Shown here: positions 13,990 through 27,149 of the stretch, piece by piece | How the letters are laid out: the number at the start of each line of letters is the position of its first letter | Position numbering within the stretch: position 1 is the stretch's first letter | NCBI GenBank assembly: GCA_965603825.1 | Contig: CBFDEM010000016.1 | Coordinates: forward strand, 1 to 64,000 | Direction of reading: 5' to 3' | DNA from: Blepharisma stoltei ATCC 30299 | Lineage: Eukaryota; Protista; Ciliophora | Length of the DNA: 64,000 nucleotides | The notes under the pieces: generated by a model | Told to the model about the DNA's origin: nothing | Seen by the model: the letters and a program-made list of their open reading frames with translations, nothing else | The model's database searches: none | Made by a program: the position numbers and the translations under genes

Positions 13990-14697
13990 TTATTTGCAAT
14001 CCCTTTATTTTTTTGTAAGTTCGGTGGCCCATGCATTTGAAAAGATTCTTTTGAAGGTAATAGAATTGTTAAAAATGTATTCATTCCACTTTTGTTTTAT
14101 TCAATTTTTAAAATAGCTTGGCTCAGCAAAAAAACATAAAAGAAAGACAAAAAACAGCCCATGAAATAAATCTTTATTTAAGAGTCTTGAGCAAGCACAT
14201 TATTTATATGAGAATGGATTAGTATATATTTGGTTAGTTATAAATTTAAATAGGCAATTCTTGTTTAAATTTATTATATTGTCGAATAAACCATAAAAAC
14301 CTCACTCCTCTCTATTGAATCAATCTTGCACTACAAAGCTGACTGGCAATTGCTTGCACAAAAACTTTCACTTAGACTGCAAAGTAATAATTAAAATATA
14401 GGATAATAGCTTCATTACTAATAATTAAAGCTTAGTTACTCATAAAGAATTATTAAATAATCAGAATATTAATAAAGTTTAGATGATCATATATATATAG
14501 TTTCAGTATTTCCAAAATAATAAATTTAAATCCATTCTTCAGCGGTTTGCAAACTGGAATAAGAATTAGTCAAATAATTTGAGAAATTTTGTATTAAGCC
14601 AAATCTTAGAGCGCTTTAAGCGGATATCTCTAAACCTAAATCAAACATTTCTTTTCTTCCATTTTACACTTAATTAAAATATCGTTAAATTTTGAAA

Positions 14698-15162
14698 ATG
14701 AAGTTAACCCTCACAGTTCTTTTCTTATGCTCTTTTCAAGCGATGTCAGCTACTCAAAATAAACCAAGCTTTATCCTATTAAGTGATGTTGCCTCTGCAG
14801 ATGACGTAGAAGCTCAGGAAGATGCTGCAGAAGCAGCAATTGTTGAAAAGATTAGAAAACGTTCTGACTGGTATATGCCTCCATTTGTTGTCACTATAGA
14901 AGATCTTAAGAGGGACATTGAAGACTACGTTGTTCTTGATATTGAACTAGATGGAGATGAGATGGTTGAGATTCATGGAAGAACTTACAAAGATGAAGAT
15001 GTTGAAGACAAAATACAATTCTATAAAGACCAGATTCAATACCAAGAAGAAACAGGCACCGTATTGCTTGTGGAAACATCAGGAGTAAAAGCTTATGCAT
15101 CAAGAGATTCGCCGGAAGCTGAAGAAGTTATTGCTGCACAACTGCAAAGACCATATATCTAA
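14698..15162 (+). CDS. 154-aa acidic secreted protein, copy 2
   Basis: Translation identical to 12163..12627. Confidence 0.85.
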   Translation: MKLTLTVLFLCSFQAMSATQNKPSFILLSDVASADDVEAQEDAAEAAIVEKIRKRSDWYMPPFVVTIEDLKRDIEDYVVLDIELDGDEMVEIHGRTYKDEDVEDKIQFYKDQIQYQEETGTVLLVETSGVKAYASRDSPEAEEVIAAQLQRPYI

Positions 15163-16204
15163 TTAAAACAAATATTATTGATAAGCATACACATGATAAG
15201 CCTGCATCGCTTAAGTTTTCTGTTTGTGTATTAAGCATTGCTCCGATTCAGGAGTTTTTGGTATTAAACAATATTTCAATAATTTTCTTTAAATCTATTT
15301 GCGAGCTTGAGATAAATTTTAGGAATTAAAATGAATTTGATACAATTTTCTTATGAGTAATAAGTCTACAAGCTTCTCTGTGTTACGCGATTTTTTCAGC
15401 CAACATTGAATCGAAGTTGCATAGGGCTCTTTCGAAAATCTACCTACCTTAACATTCAAAGGTGTTATAGCATATTCAGTTGCAAAATTGCTCAGATAAT
15501 TATAATTTCCGCTTTCAACTTTAAATCTAAGTGGCATTTTAATTTCTTTTCAATTATTTATGCAAATTGATATTATTTTATTAATAAGAATGCTCAGAAT
15601 ATGCTTAAATACAATTTTATTATCATTATTTGAATAAAAAAACAGAGAAAACCTTTATATGCCTCTTAACTATTGCTTTAATAATATGAATTTTATATTT
15701 AATCCATATTAATAATAAATTCAAATATATTAGGAAGCACTTCAAAATTTTCTGTTATAAAATTAAGAGTTATTCCTTTTTACAGATCGGAAGCTATTTT
15801 GTCACTGTGCAGTGTCCTATTTTACTTTCTTCAAAGGCTCATTATTAAAAAGAAATATGATAATGGTTGGATTGATCATTAGCAATGCTTGCAGTGTCAT
15901 AATCTTGCATATATAAACATAAGCATTATTCTGCAAAAATTTAAGCTTGGAATAATTAAAATTCAAATTTTCTTATAATAAATCTGAATTTAAATTTCTA
16001 ACTAGTATTTATACATTAAAAATCTTATGATTAAAACAAATATATGATTTATTTAGAAACCAGTTTTTTCTATAATCAGATTTTTTGTCTTTATTGCAGA
16101 TCCTTCAATAAAAAAAGGCATCTTATTCGAAAATAATAATTGCTGGCTTTTTTGATAAGAATAGATGAAAGCGCATTCAATATAATATATATTATTATTT
16201 TAGC

Positions 16205-19200
16205 ATGATATACATCTGGTTTCTTATCATTCAAGCGTCAGCAATCCAATTCCTGCACGTTCTTTACAGTCAATATACTGAAGAGCAGCTTTTAGAGTCA
16301 TTAGTTCAATCATTTAACATAAACTACTCCCAACTGGTCGAAACCATAGTAATTGAAATCACTCAAGAAACTCCAATTCAAAATCTACTTGTAAACGCTA
16401 GCATAATTATAGACTCAACTTCAAGCCTGGCTCTTAGCAGCAAAATATCAAAAGTATCTTCAGAATTGGAGTTTCTACATCTGGTAGTAGGCAAACCTTC
16501 AGAATCCTTCCAAGATTGGGACTATTTTACCTTGCTTCCTGAAATGAGACATTACGAAGCTTTGAATAGCATATTAAGATTATTCAATTGGTCGCAATAT
16601 GTAATAATTCAGAGCGAGTCATTTGAGTCAACCCAACTAACAAATATTTTCAAAGAATATCAGCTCGATCAGAATATTAAATTTTTCTCTTTTCCCAATT
16701 CCCAAAGCCAAAATGTATCTGACGATTTGGTCGGCGTTCAAGTGAAGCCATCAGGGTTGCTTAATATTCTTATTTTAAATGAAGGAGAAGGTGCTAGAAA
16801 GCTTATATCGTCTCTTATTACAAAAAAAAATTACAAAGAAAATTCAGGAGTGCTGCTTAGTAGTAAAGGCTTGTGAGGTGCAGAAGCAGATGGCACTATT
16901 ATCGTTGTTGAAAAAGATTTGGAAAGCGCAACAAGTTTGGCTAACTATAAAGCTTTATCTGTGCTTAAAATATTGGCTTATATCGATTTAACAAACGATT
17001 CTAATTATGCAATCAAGAATCAGCTAAAAGTTGCACTAAATTCTAAAAATCATCCAATACCCCAATTTTCGATTGTTAATATACAAAATAATAAAAGAGT
17101 GATTATAGGATCAATCGAGGAAACTAATGTAAAATTTCAAATCTCACCAGTTTTCCCGGGAAATACTTTGAAGTACCCTGACTCGAAGAACGCTGCTGTA
17201 ACAATTTCAGTAGCTTCAGGTAAAAGCAACTATAATGGAATTCCCTATTATTCTAATATATGAGTTAAAACAGGAGCTCTTTTTGCCATTGGGTATGCAA
17301 ATTCTATAAGTGTGATCCCAAATTACATAATAAAAACACATAATACAGATTGTAGCGCTGAACTCTACAATCATAATTTTTCCTATAATTGCTTAGCTAA
17401 AGAGGTTGGGAATTTTGGCTCATTTTACATACCTTCTATAATTAATGACGTATGCTTTGGCACAATTAATGACTTTAACCTCTTAGACATTCAAATACCC
17501 ATGATAGCAGATGGTTGCCCAAGCCCATTATTAACAAGCAAAGAGAGTTATCCCAAATTTACAAGGACTACTAAGACTTTGGCTTATCATGCCGGCATCA
17601 TTCCAAGCTTGATGTCAATTTTTGGGTGAAAAGACATTGTTGCTATATATGAAAACTCAACATTTGGTCTTAGCCTTTATAATGCTTTCCTAACTAATGC
17701 AAAAGCTGCAGGAATTAATATTTTAAATGATGAGAATAAGAGAATGATAAAGCCTTTCTACTCTCCAGCAGACTTTAATGACTATGCTTATGTGGTTTCT
17801 CACGCAATCAAGACTACTGGAAGAATTTTCGCATTTTTTGTATTTCTGGAAAATAACGAGCAATTTTATTTGATTTCTCAGTTCTATGACATGGGACTTA
17901 GAAAAGGTGACGCAGTTTTTATTATCTATGAGCAAGCAAGCTATTTTAATCATATTTCTGCTTTCTCACAGAGAACATTAGCGCAAAAATAAGCGAATTA
18001 ATTGAAGGGTCAATATCTCTCACCCCATCAGAGTTTACTGGATCATATGGGAAAGAAATCGAAAAAATGTTAATTCCGGAACTTGACCAGACCAAGAATA
18101 TAGGAGCAATCGGAACATGCTATTCATTTAATGCTGCAATGCTCGGAATACACACACTAAACAATTTGATCCAGTATGGAGAAGACTATACAAACCCAGA
18201 CGTTATGAACGCTGCAATAAGGAAGCAAAAAATAGTTGGGTGTTCAGGAAAATTAAAAATTGCTGTTGATTCCAATGAGCCGAATGATGAAAGTATTTCC
18301 ATTAATAACATTATTTACAACAAGACAACTGGAGCTTGAGCAGATAACTCAGTTGGGTTCTATGAAATCGGTAAAAATCCTCTTATCACTATAAAAGGAG
18401 TAATAATTTGGCCAAACGGAACAACAATAAATCCAAATGACAAAAGACTGGATCAATATGATTGCGCATTTGACCTTCACCTGCTACAAAAATCTAAGCT
18501 TGGTAAAATGCTCTATTGCTTGCTTATAGGAATCCTCTCACTTATATCGTTAGCATTTTCTCTTATATGTTTGAAAGCTTCTTGAAAATTCAAATTTCCT
18601 AAGATAGCTCATAAAAGATTGGCAAAGTTTGGGGACTTCGTTAAGCACTCATACATTGTTATTGACTTTACCCAATTTCTTGCTCTAAGCCCAAGCTTTG
18701 AATGGAACTATTGGAATCTCACTGATATTCTTTATGCTGTAATTGGGGATGCATCAAAATTTACTATAAGCCAAGAAAGTTCTTGAACAAGCATTTATCT
18801 TGCATTAGGGTTTATTTTTCTTTGGTTTGCTTCATGCATTTTTGTCTGCTGAGATTTTGATGAAAAACTAGCCAAATTGGATTTTTTCTTAATAAATTAC
18901 TGTATTTGGGCTATTAACCAATTATTGCCTTTTGTTGCGAATTTTGGATTTATTCCTATTGTAATGATACTATTTACATTATTTAAATGTGAAAATGGCA
19001 GCGGAAACGGTATAACAGAAAGTTACTGGGAGTATGATTGCAAAACTTATTGTTGGAATGACAAGCATTTAGCTTTTGCTATGATTTCAATTTTTGCATT
19101 AATTTTCTTTATGATTTCAACTGTCTATTTTAGACCGAGATGGGAATTTTTGTATGATGATCAAAATGTGGTGATAAACCCTCATTATTTGGTTGCAAGA

Positions 19201-19761
19201 GGTATTTTCCAGATTGCATTGGTTACTTTATACTTGACACTCAAAAATTATAGCGAGGCTCTGTTTGGGCTTGCTTTTATTGTTATAATGAGCATTTTAT
19301 TGGTTTATGCATCAGTTTTTGAGCCTTCTAACCATAACGTTACCAATCTATGGTCTCGTGTATCGTTCTTTGCAATCATTTGAAGTGCTGCGATTTCTAG
19401 TATTTATTGGTCAAATCCGAATTTCAAAGAGGATTCAATATGGATTGTAATGAGACTCACTGGGTGGGCATTGATTGCATTAATAACTCTTTTTATTCAT
19501 TTGAAGGTGATGGAAAACCCTTTATACACTCCCAAAGCAAATAATATCTCACTGTATTTCTTATTCCAATTTTCATCAGTGGTAACTGCTAGAGATATTT
19601 CAAAAAATCCTGAAAAGAAGTATATTATTGTAAACAAATCAACTATGATTGACACAAGCCATCATTTTAATGCTAGCCAACAAGTTGACAGTATGCAGCA
19701 CTTTTGCGAAAGTCAGCCAATAGATAGCTCACAAATTGATTTATCTGGGATTAAAATCTAA
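16205..19761 (+). CDS. About 1185-aa receptor-like protein: signal peptide, periplasmic-binding/ANF-receptor (Venus flytrap)-like ectodomain and about 7 TM helices; one frame break
   Basis: ORF pieces join in frame through TGA=Trp except for one shift between 17950 and 17992. Motifs SPLLTSKESYPKFTRT, FGWKDIVAIYENSTFG, YSFNAAM, GCSGKLKI; hydrophobic helices after about 18500. Confidence 0.75.
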
Positions 19762-20546
19762 GTTTAAATTTACTTTCTTAACGAAATGGTTGGCTCTGCT
19801 AATTAAATTAATAGTAAGGGTGTTGACATTATTGAGTACAAAGATATTAAAATTAAACAGAATCTGCCTCTAGATTTTTATCTTTATAAATCTTGAAGAT
19901 TATATAATAGATTATTGCAGTGGCCCAGAATTTACAAGATGAAGTATGGTCTCGATAAGATAGACAATAATAAATGAGATTTAAAAGTTGAATTTGAAAT
20001 ATTGGAATAGATTTGATAAGAAAGGCTCTATAGGAGAGGATTGCCTCATAAATAAATAAATAAAGTAGAAGTTAATAAAGAAATGAACAGAAAAATTCTT
20101 TAAAATGGTATAATATAAATTTACTACAAATTTAACTCTTGAAGAGTGTAAAAGGATGCTTAGTTTAATGGCTAAAAGTGGAAATTATATTAGCTGAGCG
20201 AGCCTTATGAAATTTTAGGAATTTTCGTTAATAAGAAAATCAGTGTCATTCAAAAACTCATATAACAGAGAAGTGTGCATACTTATTTCTAGTAAGAAAA
20301 ATTAAAACTTATTGCTAAGATCTTGATCCATAAAAACTCTAAGAAAGCTCTTATATTTTATCACCGAATAAGAATAAGAAACCTAAATGCCATAAACAAT
20401 AAATAAAAATTTATATACCCAGAAAGGTTGCAAAATAATTATGATCCAATTGAGAAGGATTCTATTAATTATTAGTTTTTCATATTACAAATTGGAATAT
20501 AAAAACAGCAAGATGGGTATTTTGATTCCTAGTAATATATTATAAT

Positions 20547-22922
20547 ATGGACCTAATTCTTAAAAGAAGCTCAACTGACCATCACAGCTTGTCTTTAAAT
20601 ATAGAAAATATAATCACACAGCTTAATAAAATCAGCAAAAGGTGCTGAAATTTTGAAAAGAAAGGGGTGAATATTAACTTTGAAGATCCAATGAAAAATT
20701 CACCAAACGCTTTATTAATCTATAAGTTTAATCGAAGATTTCCTATTACCAAAGAACACATAAATTTAAGTTTAGCAAAAAAAATTATAGCAAATTTGTC
20801 CAATTTAACGGATTTTGGTGCCATAAAAGAAAGTTATCTCAATAAAGTTGATTTCAAGCCCATAAGTAACTATATCAAAGATTACCTAACAGAAGGCTCA
20901 AAAGAAGTTCTTTACAACATAATTTTATTATCAAAAACTACTGACTCATTAAATCTCGCCTCAAGTAATGCAATCACAATTCTCAATAAAGCAGGATTTA
21001 TTTTCACAAATAAAGATTTAAGTATGATTAAAATCCCGAATGCAGAATTATCATATGGAATATTTTACAACACGAATTTTTCTTCAAGCAACCTTCATAA
21101 AGTTAACTTTTCTAGGGCTTATATTTCTGGATCAAATTTTAAAGGCTGCGATATGACTGAAGTAAATTTCAGAGAAAAAGTCACTGACATAAAAACGACC
21201 ACAGAAATTTTTAAGTTTTCTAATTGTGGCAGATTTCTTGCTATTGTCAGTAATAAAATAACATGACTTTATAACTTGAAAAAAAATCAAGAAATTACTC
21301 AACTTGTAGGGCATAATAAGGAGATAACTTTTCTAACATTTTCTGATGATGGTAAGTATTTAGGATCTTGAAGCTCAGATTCAGTGGCCATTTTATGGGA
21401 CACTTATCAAAAAAGTAAAATTAGAGTAATTAATGGATGCAGGAATTTTATGAATTTTTCTCCTTGCGGAACATACCTTAGCTTTATTTTTTGCGTTACT
21501 CAAGGTTGTATATCAATATATGATATAAATTTGGACCAAGTAATAAATAAAATACGTTATGGAAATTTCATACCAAAATTTACATTATTTTCTCACACAG
21601 GGACTCACTTAATAGCTTTATATCATTATTCATGCATCATGAGTAAGTGAAATCTATGAGGTAATGGCAGCGAAGAGCGTATAAAGTGCCAAAATATTGA
21701 GACTTGCTTTGCAATATCTAGCTGCCGTAAATACGTAGCAGTTCCTTATACTTATTGTCGAATACATGTATATAATTTGGATAAATTCGAATTTGTTGCA
21801 AAGCTGGATATAAAGCCTTATCCAACTTATTTAGCATTTTCACCTTGTGGAAGGTTTTTAGCCTCAGGAGCTGAGGATAAATATATTGAGGTGCTTGATT
21901 TGTCTTCATCAAAAGGTAATACTTTTAACATTTTCAATAAAAAAAATTTGAAGATGAAGCCTTTTGTGTTTTCTTCAGATGGAAATTATTTATTTGTAGT
22001 AACAGCTGACCAAAGACTAAAGTCTTGAGAAATCTCTCCAAACTTTGAAGCAAATGCAAAGCAAAATATGACAGCGATAAAAACTGTTTCTTTCTCGTTT
22101 GACAGTGAATATTTTGCTGCTTCAAATGAAGAAGGATGGATTTTTATATTTTTTACCAAAAATCAAAAGCTTTTTAAAGAATTTAAGGCTCATAATCATT
22201 GAATTTCACGTGTTTTCTGATCCTGAAATATAATGGCTACTTCAAGTATAGATAATTATATCAAGATTTGAGATATTTATACCTGCTCTCCATTACAGAT
22301 AATTCAAGCAAATAAAAATATTGATATATCTCCTGATGGAAAGAAAATTCTTTCGTGTAGTAGGCTTAATTTAATTAATATTTTCGATATTGAAAAAGGC
22401 CAAATGATTAGCCAATGAAAAGCAAATCGTCAACAAGTTCATATGTGAATCTGATCTCAGTGTGGAAAATTTGTAATAGTTTGCAGTGCCGATAGATCAA
22501 TCAGCATTTGAAAGGCGGATAATCAAGAATTAATAGCTGAGTTTATTAAACATAACCATGAAGTAACTTTGATCAGTCTTTCTACATGTGGAAACTTTTT
22601 AATCTCTTCCAGTCTGGATAAAAATATAAAGGTTTGGTATTTAGGGAATATAGATCAAAATTTCCAAGGAGCTTGTGTAATCAAAGATTTTCGTATGGAA
22701 AATTTGACGACGTCAATTAAATGAAATTATGATGGAACAAAATGCTTATGGGGCGATTCACAAGGAACCATAGCGATATGGGATAGATGCACAGGGAAAT
22801 TTATTAGTTTTAATGCTCATATCGATAGTGTGACTTCAATTGATTCTTCAAGATGTGGGAATTTTTTAATTACTGGGAGCAATGATAGGACTGTAAAGTT
22901 ATGGAGATTAGATATAAAGTAG
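20547..22922 (+). CDS. 791-aa pentapeptide-repeat plus WD40-repeat protein
   Basis: Open frame with TGA=Trp from ATG 20547 to TAG. LASSNAITIL..DLSMIKIPNAELSYGIFYNTNFSSSNL pentapeptides; GH/WD blades (D..IKIWD, AHIDSVTSID..LITGSNDRTVKLW). Confidence 0.85.
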
Positions 22923-23019
22923 ATTTTTGCTATAACACAGATTAATTCATTTTTATATTTAAGAAATTATTTATATAACTGTTTATAAATCCAAATTTTA
23001 CTTAATATACCTAATTGAA

Positions 23020-25350
23020 ATGGATTTAATTCTTGGAACAAATTGTTACTGAAAATCAACTTCAAGAAAGCCAAGATATAAGACCATTGAACTTTATAAA
23101 AGTGATAAAAGAACCAAAAATTTTTTTCAACAAAATTTTCACCCTAATGCTTTTTTATTCAGATTTTTTTTTTTCAATCAACCTTTTCTTATCACTAAAC
23201 GAAATCTTGATTTCCTCATAGCAAAGAAATGCATAGACGATCTACCAAGCTTAAAAGACATTTCTCCTTTAAAAGAAAGTTATTTTAATAAAATCGATCT
23301 CAAGTTTATTAGCGATTTCGTAAAAGACTCTCTCACAGAAAGCCTAAAAGAAGTGCTTTATAGCATAATTTTACTATCAAGAACAACAGATTTAGTAAGT
23401 CTAGCAGCAAGCAATGCAATCACATTTCTTAATAAGCCAGACTTCTTATTTACAGACAGAGACTTAAGCAGAATAAGCATTCCAAACGCAGACTTATCAT
23501 ATGGAATGCTCATTAATACAAATTTTGAATCAAGTAACCTTTCTGGTGTCAATTTCTCTAAATCCCATATATATGACTCAAATTTCAGAAACTGCAATAT
23601 GGCTGACACAAATTTTGGAGAACAAGCCCCTATTGCTGAATTGGCCAGAGCTCCTGATAATTTAGCATTTTCTCCTTGTTGAAAATTTTTCGCTACTACA
23701 GACTATGAAAAGATATTTCTATACAGCTTAGAAACATATCAAGAAATTGGTTCTCTAATAGAGCATGAGGAGTATGTAAAATACTTATTATTCTCTGACA
23801 ATGGAAATTATTTAGTTTCGGCCAGTTCTGACTCAAAAATAATTTTATGAGATACTTTTACTAAACTTAAATTAGCAAGTTTTACTGGATGCAGGAGCAC
23901 TGCAAACTTTTCACCTTGCAACACTTATATCTGCTTAATGCAGCCAGGTTGAAATGGAAAATCATTTATTTATAATATTAATACAGGGCAAATAGCACTG
24001 GAAATCTGCAATAGCATTGATATTCCACAATTCTCATTTTTTTCATGTAAAAGTCTCATTACTTTATATAAAAATGGTACTCTTGTAAAATGAGATTTAT
24101 TGAAAAATCAGATGGAAAATAGCATAAAAAGTTCCTGCAGATATTCAGCTTACTATTCAGCGTCTTTCTGCCGCAAGTATTTAGCTATAAATAATATCGA
24201 GACTTCAATATTCATATACAATGTGGAGAAGTTTGAGTTGATTCAGGCAATTTATATTATGTCTTTCAATTATTTTGTATTTTCTAATTGTGGGAGATAT
24301 TTAACTGTGAAATTGAGGAATAATAATATTATAGTTTATGACAGAAAAGCCCAAAGCAAAATTTTTGAAATTTGCAATAAAAATGATGTGATGGCTCTTG
24401 CATTTGCTCAATTAAATTATTTGGTTTTGGGAAGGACTGACGGGACATTGAGAGCTTGAAAAATCGATTTTGATTTAGATTTAAATAAGAAAGCTGTTGC
24501 AAAATATGGAATTACAGCAGCTTCTTTTTGCTTGATAGCAAGTATTTTGCTATTTCAACTGAAAAAGGATGGATTTTTATATTTTTTCTAGAAAATCAAA
24601 AACTCTTTAGAGAGTTTGATATCCCCAGCAACTATATTTCTGTATTTCATGGTCTGTAAATGTTATAGCTTCCTGCAGTTTTGACTCTAAAATCAAAATA
24701 TGGGATATTTATACAAATATCCTTTTAAAGGATTCAGAATGATTATCAACCCTTCCAAGAGAATTCAATTTTCTCCAGATGGGAAAAAGCTCCTTTCCTG
24801 TGAGATTTCAGGGGATGTGACAATAATAGATATTGATAAAGATAAACTGCAAATCCAATCGTGGCTTGGCCAGCAAAGAGTGTCCGCGTGCTGCTGATTT
24901 GGCAATGAAGAATTTATAATTACTTGCAGTGGTCAGAAATCAATATGCATATGAAAGGCAGAAAACCAAGAATTAGTAGCAGGCTTTGTTAAATACAATC
25001 AAGATGCAAAACTTTTCAGTATTTCTCCTTGTGGAAACTTTTTAGTTTCTGCCAGCTTGGACAAAGTCATAAAGATTTGATATTTAGGAGACAAAACTAA
25101 GAATTTCAAAGGAAATCGAATGCTTAAAGAGTTCTATGTTGAAAATTTCATAAATTTTATAGTATGGTCATCAGATGGAAAGAGTATTATTGCAGGAGAT
25201 GAGGGAGGGCAGATGCTGATACTTGATAGAGAAAAAATTATTCTTTGTGAAAATGTTCATAAAGAAGGAGTAACTGCTCTTGATGCATCAAGAAAAGGTA
25301 ATTTTGTTATTTCTGGGAGTAAAAGCAAATTAATTATTTTTAAATTATAA
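23020..25350 (+). pseudogene. Tandem paralogue of the pentapeptide-WD40 gene with three 1-nt deletions (pseudogene or assembly error)
   Basis: Same MDLIL start and colinear with 20547..22922. Alignment needs frame changes near 24530, 24645 and 24720, after which the original frame resumes to TAA 25350. Confidence 0.7.
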
Positions 25351-25902
25351 AGCCATTATAATTATTTACATCTCCTATTTTATAGGTTATTCATAGATCC
25401 CTATTTTTTCTTCAGAAAAATGATATTTTTGTTATTGGCGACTTTTAAGTCTCAAGCTAAATTTAGCTTCAGAGGATGCCAGTTGCTCGATTATCAGTCT
25501 GCATTTCTATCAATTGAGAATCCATGCAAATAATTTAAATCTATTTATTTAGAGTCTAACTTTAAGCTTTTTTTTACATTAAATCTCATAACGAATACTT
25601 TGCTGACCGTTTGCAAGTAGGGCATCATTCAAATATCATATAGTAAGTATAAACTAAAACGAATTTCAAGAGCATTCATTACAATTTATTTATATTTGAT
25701 AAATGGGAAATATTTCATCAGAGGAATTCAGACATGAAAAAATAATATTAATATTGTAAACCTTTCTAAGTTAATATATTAATATTCAAAAATAGAGGCT
25801 TCAAGAAAAATTTAGCCGATCAAAGATAAGAAGCATCTTTTCAACCCATAATAATTTATATATTTATTCCAAAATAATAATTAATTATTTGGCTGAATCC
25901 TT

Positions 25903-26808
25903 TCAAACTTTCTTTATTTTTTTTGCATATGACCCTGACGCTTGATCTCTGAATAAGGCAGCATAAATTGACTGCAATTGATGCTTCCAATGCCCACTTG
26001 TGTAGTTTACTTTTCCGAGCGCTTTTAGTACTCCTTCTACATGCTCTTCCTTTTTTATTAAACAAGGCATATTTTTATATTTCTTGGTTAGTGGAGTATC
26101 GACCCATCCAGGGGTAACTGTCAAGACGTCAATATTGGTATTTTTTTGCCTTGACAAATAGCAAGCTTCTTCTGCTACTATTAAGCTAAATGCTGATATA
26201 AAGCTTTTTCCAGCAGAATAGCAGCTACCATAAGGGACTGGAAAGGTGCCGAGAAGAGAGCTTAAATTGATAATTGCGCTCCGATTTTTCCTGTTAAGCA
26301 TGCCAGGAATGTATAGTTTTGTTAAACAAACGACAGGCCAAATGTTCAGAGAGTTTATATTGAGTAGATCAGCTTCAGTGACTGTATGGAGCGGTCCATC
26401 AGCTCCATATCCTACATTGTTTACGACAATGCTGATGTCTAGACCCTCAGTTTGTGATTTTATGTCTTGGAAAAACTCCTGTGAATTTTTAGCCGATAAT
26501 GAAAAGTCTTTTACTATTGATTTAGTTTTAATTGGGAAATTTTGTTCTAAATTTTTGGATAAATTCATGAGCTTTTCATAGTTTCTTCCCACGAGGACAA
26601 GATTAAACCCATGAAAAGCAAGTTTCTCTGCAAATCCTAAGCCAATCCCATCTGTCGGCGCAGTTACTAGCGCCCAACTTTTAAGACCATACTGAGAAAA
26701 GTCTGTATTAGACCTTAGTGACTTGAAAGAGTAATGCGCAAATAGATATCCCTTTATAAGAGTCCATAATCCAAATGCAAAAAGAATGTATTCTATACAT
26801 TCCAGCAT
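25903..26808 (-). CDS. Short-chain dehydrogenase/reductase, 17-beta-HSD3/very-long-chain 3-ketoacyl-CoA reductase-like
   Basis: N-terminal TM, WALVTAPTDGIG, LVLVGRN, VVNNVG, catalytic YSAGK, PGWVDTPLT. Confidence 0.92.
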   Translation of the reverse strand: MLECIEYILFAFGLWTLIKGYLFAHYSFKSLRSNTDFSQYGLKSWALVTAPTDGIGLGFAEKLAFHGFNLVLVGRNYEKLMNLSKNLEQNFPIKTKSIVKDFSLSAKNSQEFFQDIKSQTEGLDISIVVNNVGYGADGPLHTVTEADLLNINSLNIWPVVCLTKLYIPGMLNRKNRSAIINLSSLLGTFPVPYGSCYSAGKSFISAFSLIVAEEACYLSRQKNTNIDVLTVTPGWVDTPLTKKYKNMPCLIKKEEHVEGVLKALGKVNYTSGHWKHQLQSIYAALFRDQASGSYAKKIKKV

Positions 26809-27149
26809 TTTATTATTTGCTCAGCCCATTATTTTATCCTTTAGTGCATTAATTATCCTGATGCAAAGACAAGTATAACTTGCTTTGATCAGGAGCATAT
26901 GAATAATGATAGAGAAGGAACTTTTAATTGTATGAACTTTAAACAAGAATTTTCTGAAAATAGCGAGGAATAGCTTTTAAAGAATCAAATTCTGCTATAA
27001 TTACAGATTTTGCAGTGAAAAAATGAACTTTAAATATTTGTCTTCGATAATACTTGAATTTTTTATAATTTGATTTGACTTTTTGACATCTTAACAGAGA
27101 ATAAATGGTTATGTGTTTGTATAATTTATTTAAATTATAAAAATATTAA

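Larger units (their letters stand above)
10610..15168. repeat. Tandem duplication, units about 10610-12633 and about 13223-15168 (CDS offset 2535 bp)
   Basis: Identical proteins and near-identical upstream regions; the Kelch pseudogene parts are clearly homologous but carry many substitutions and indels. Confidence 0.95.

Noticed and set aside
15319-15537. 72-aa minus-strand ORF (also 28306..28527 and the 58850-59350 region)
   Set aside because: No recognisable motif or paralogue in the window; cannot be supported as genes.
24520-24750. Programmed frameshifting in the second pentapeptide-WD40 gene
   Set aside because: The paralogue alignment puts the shifts upstream of the stops; three clustered 1-nt losses fit read error or decay better.
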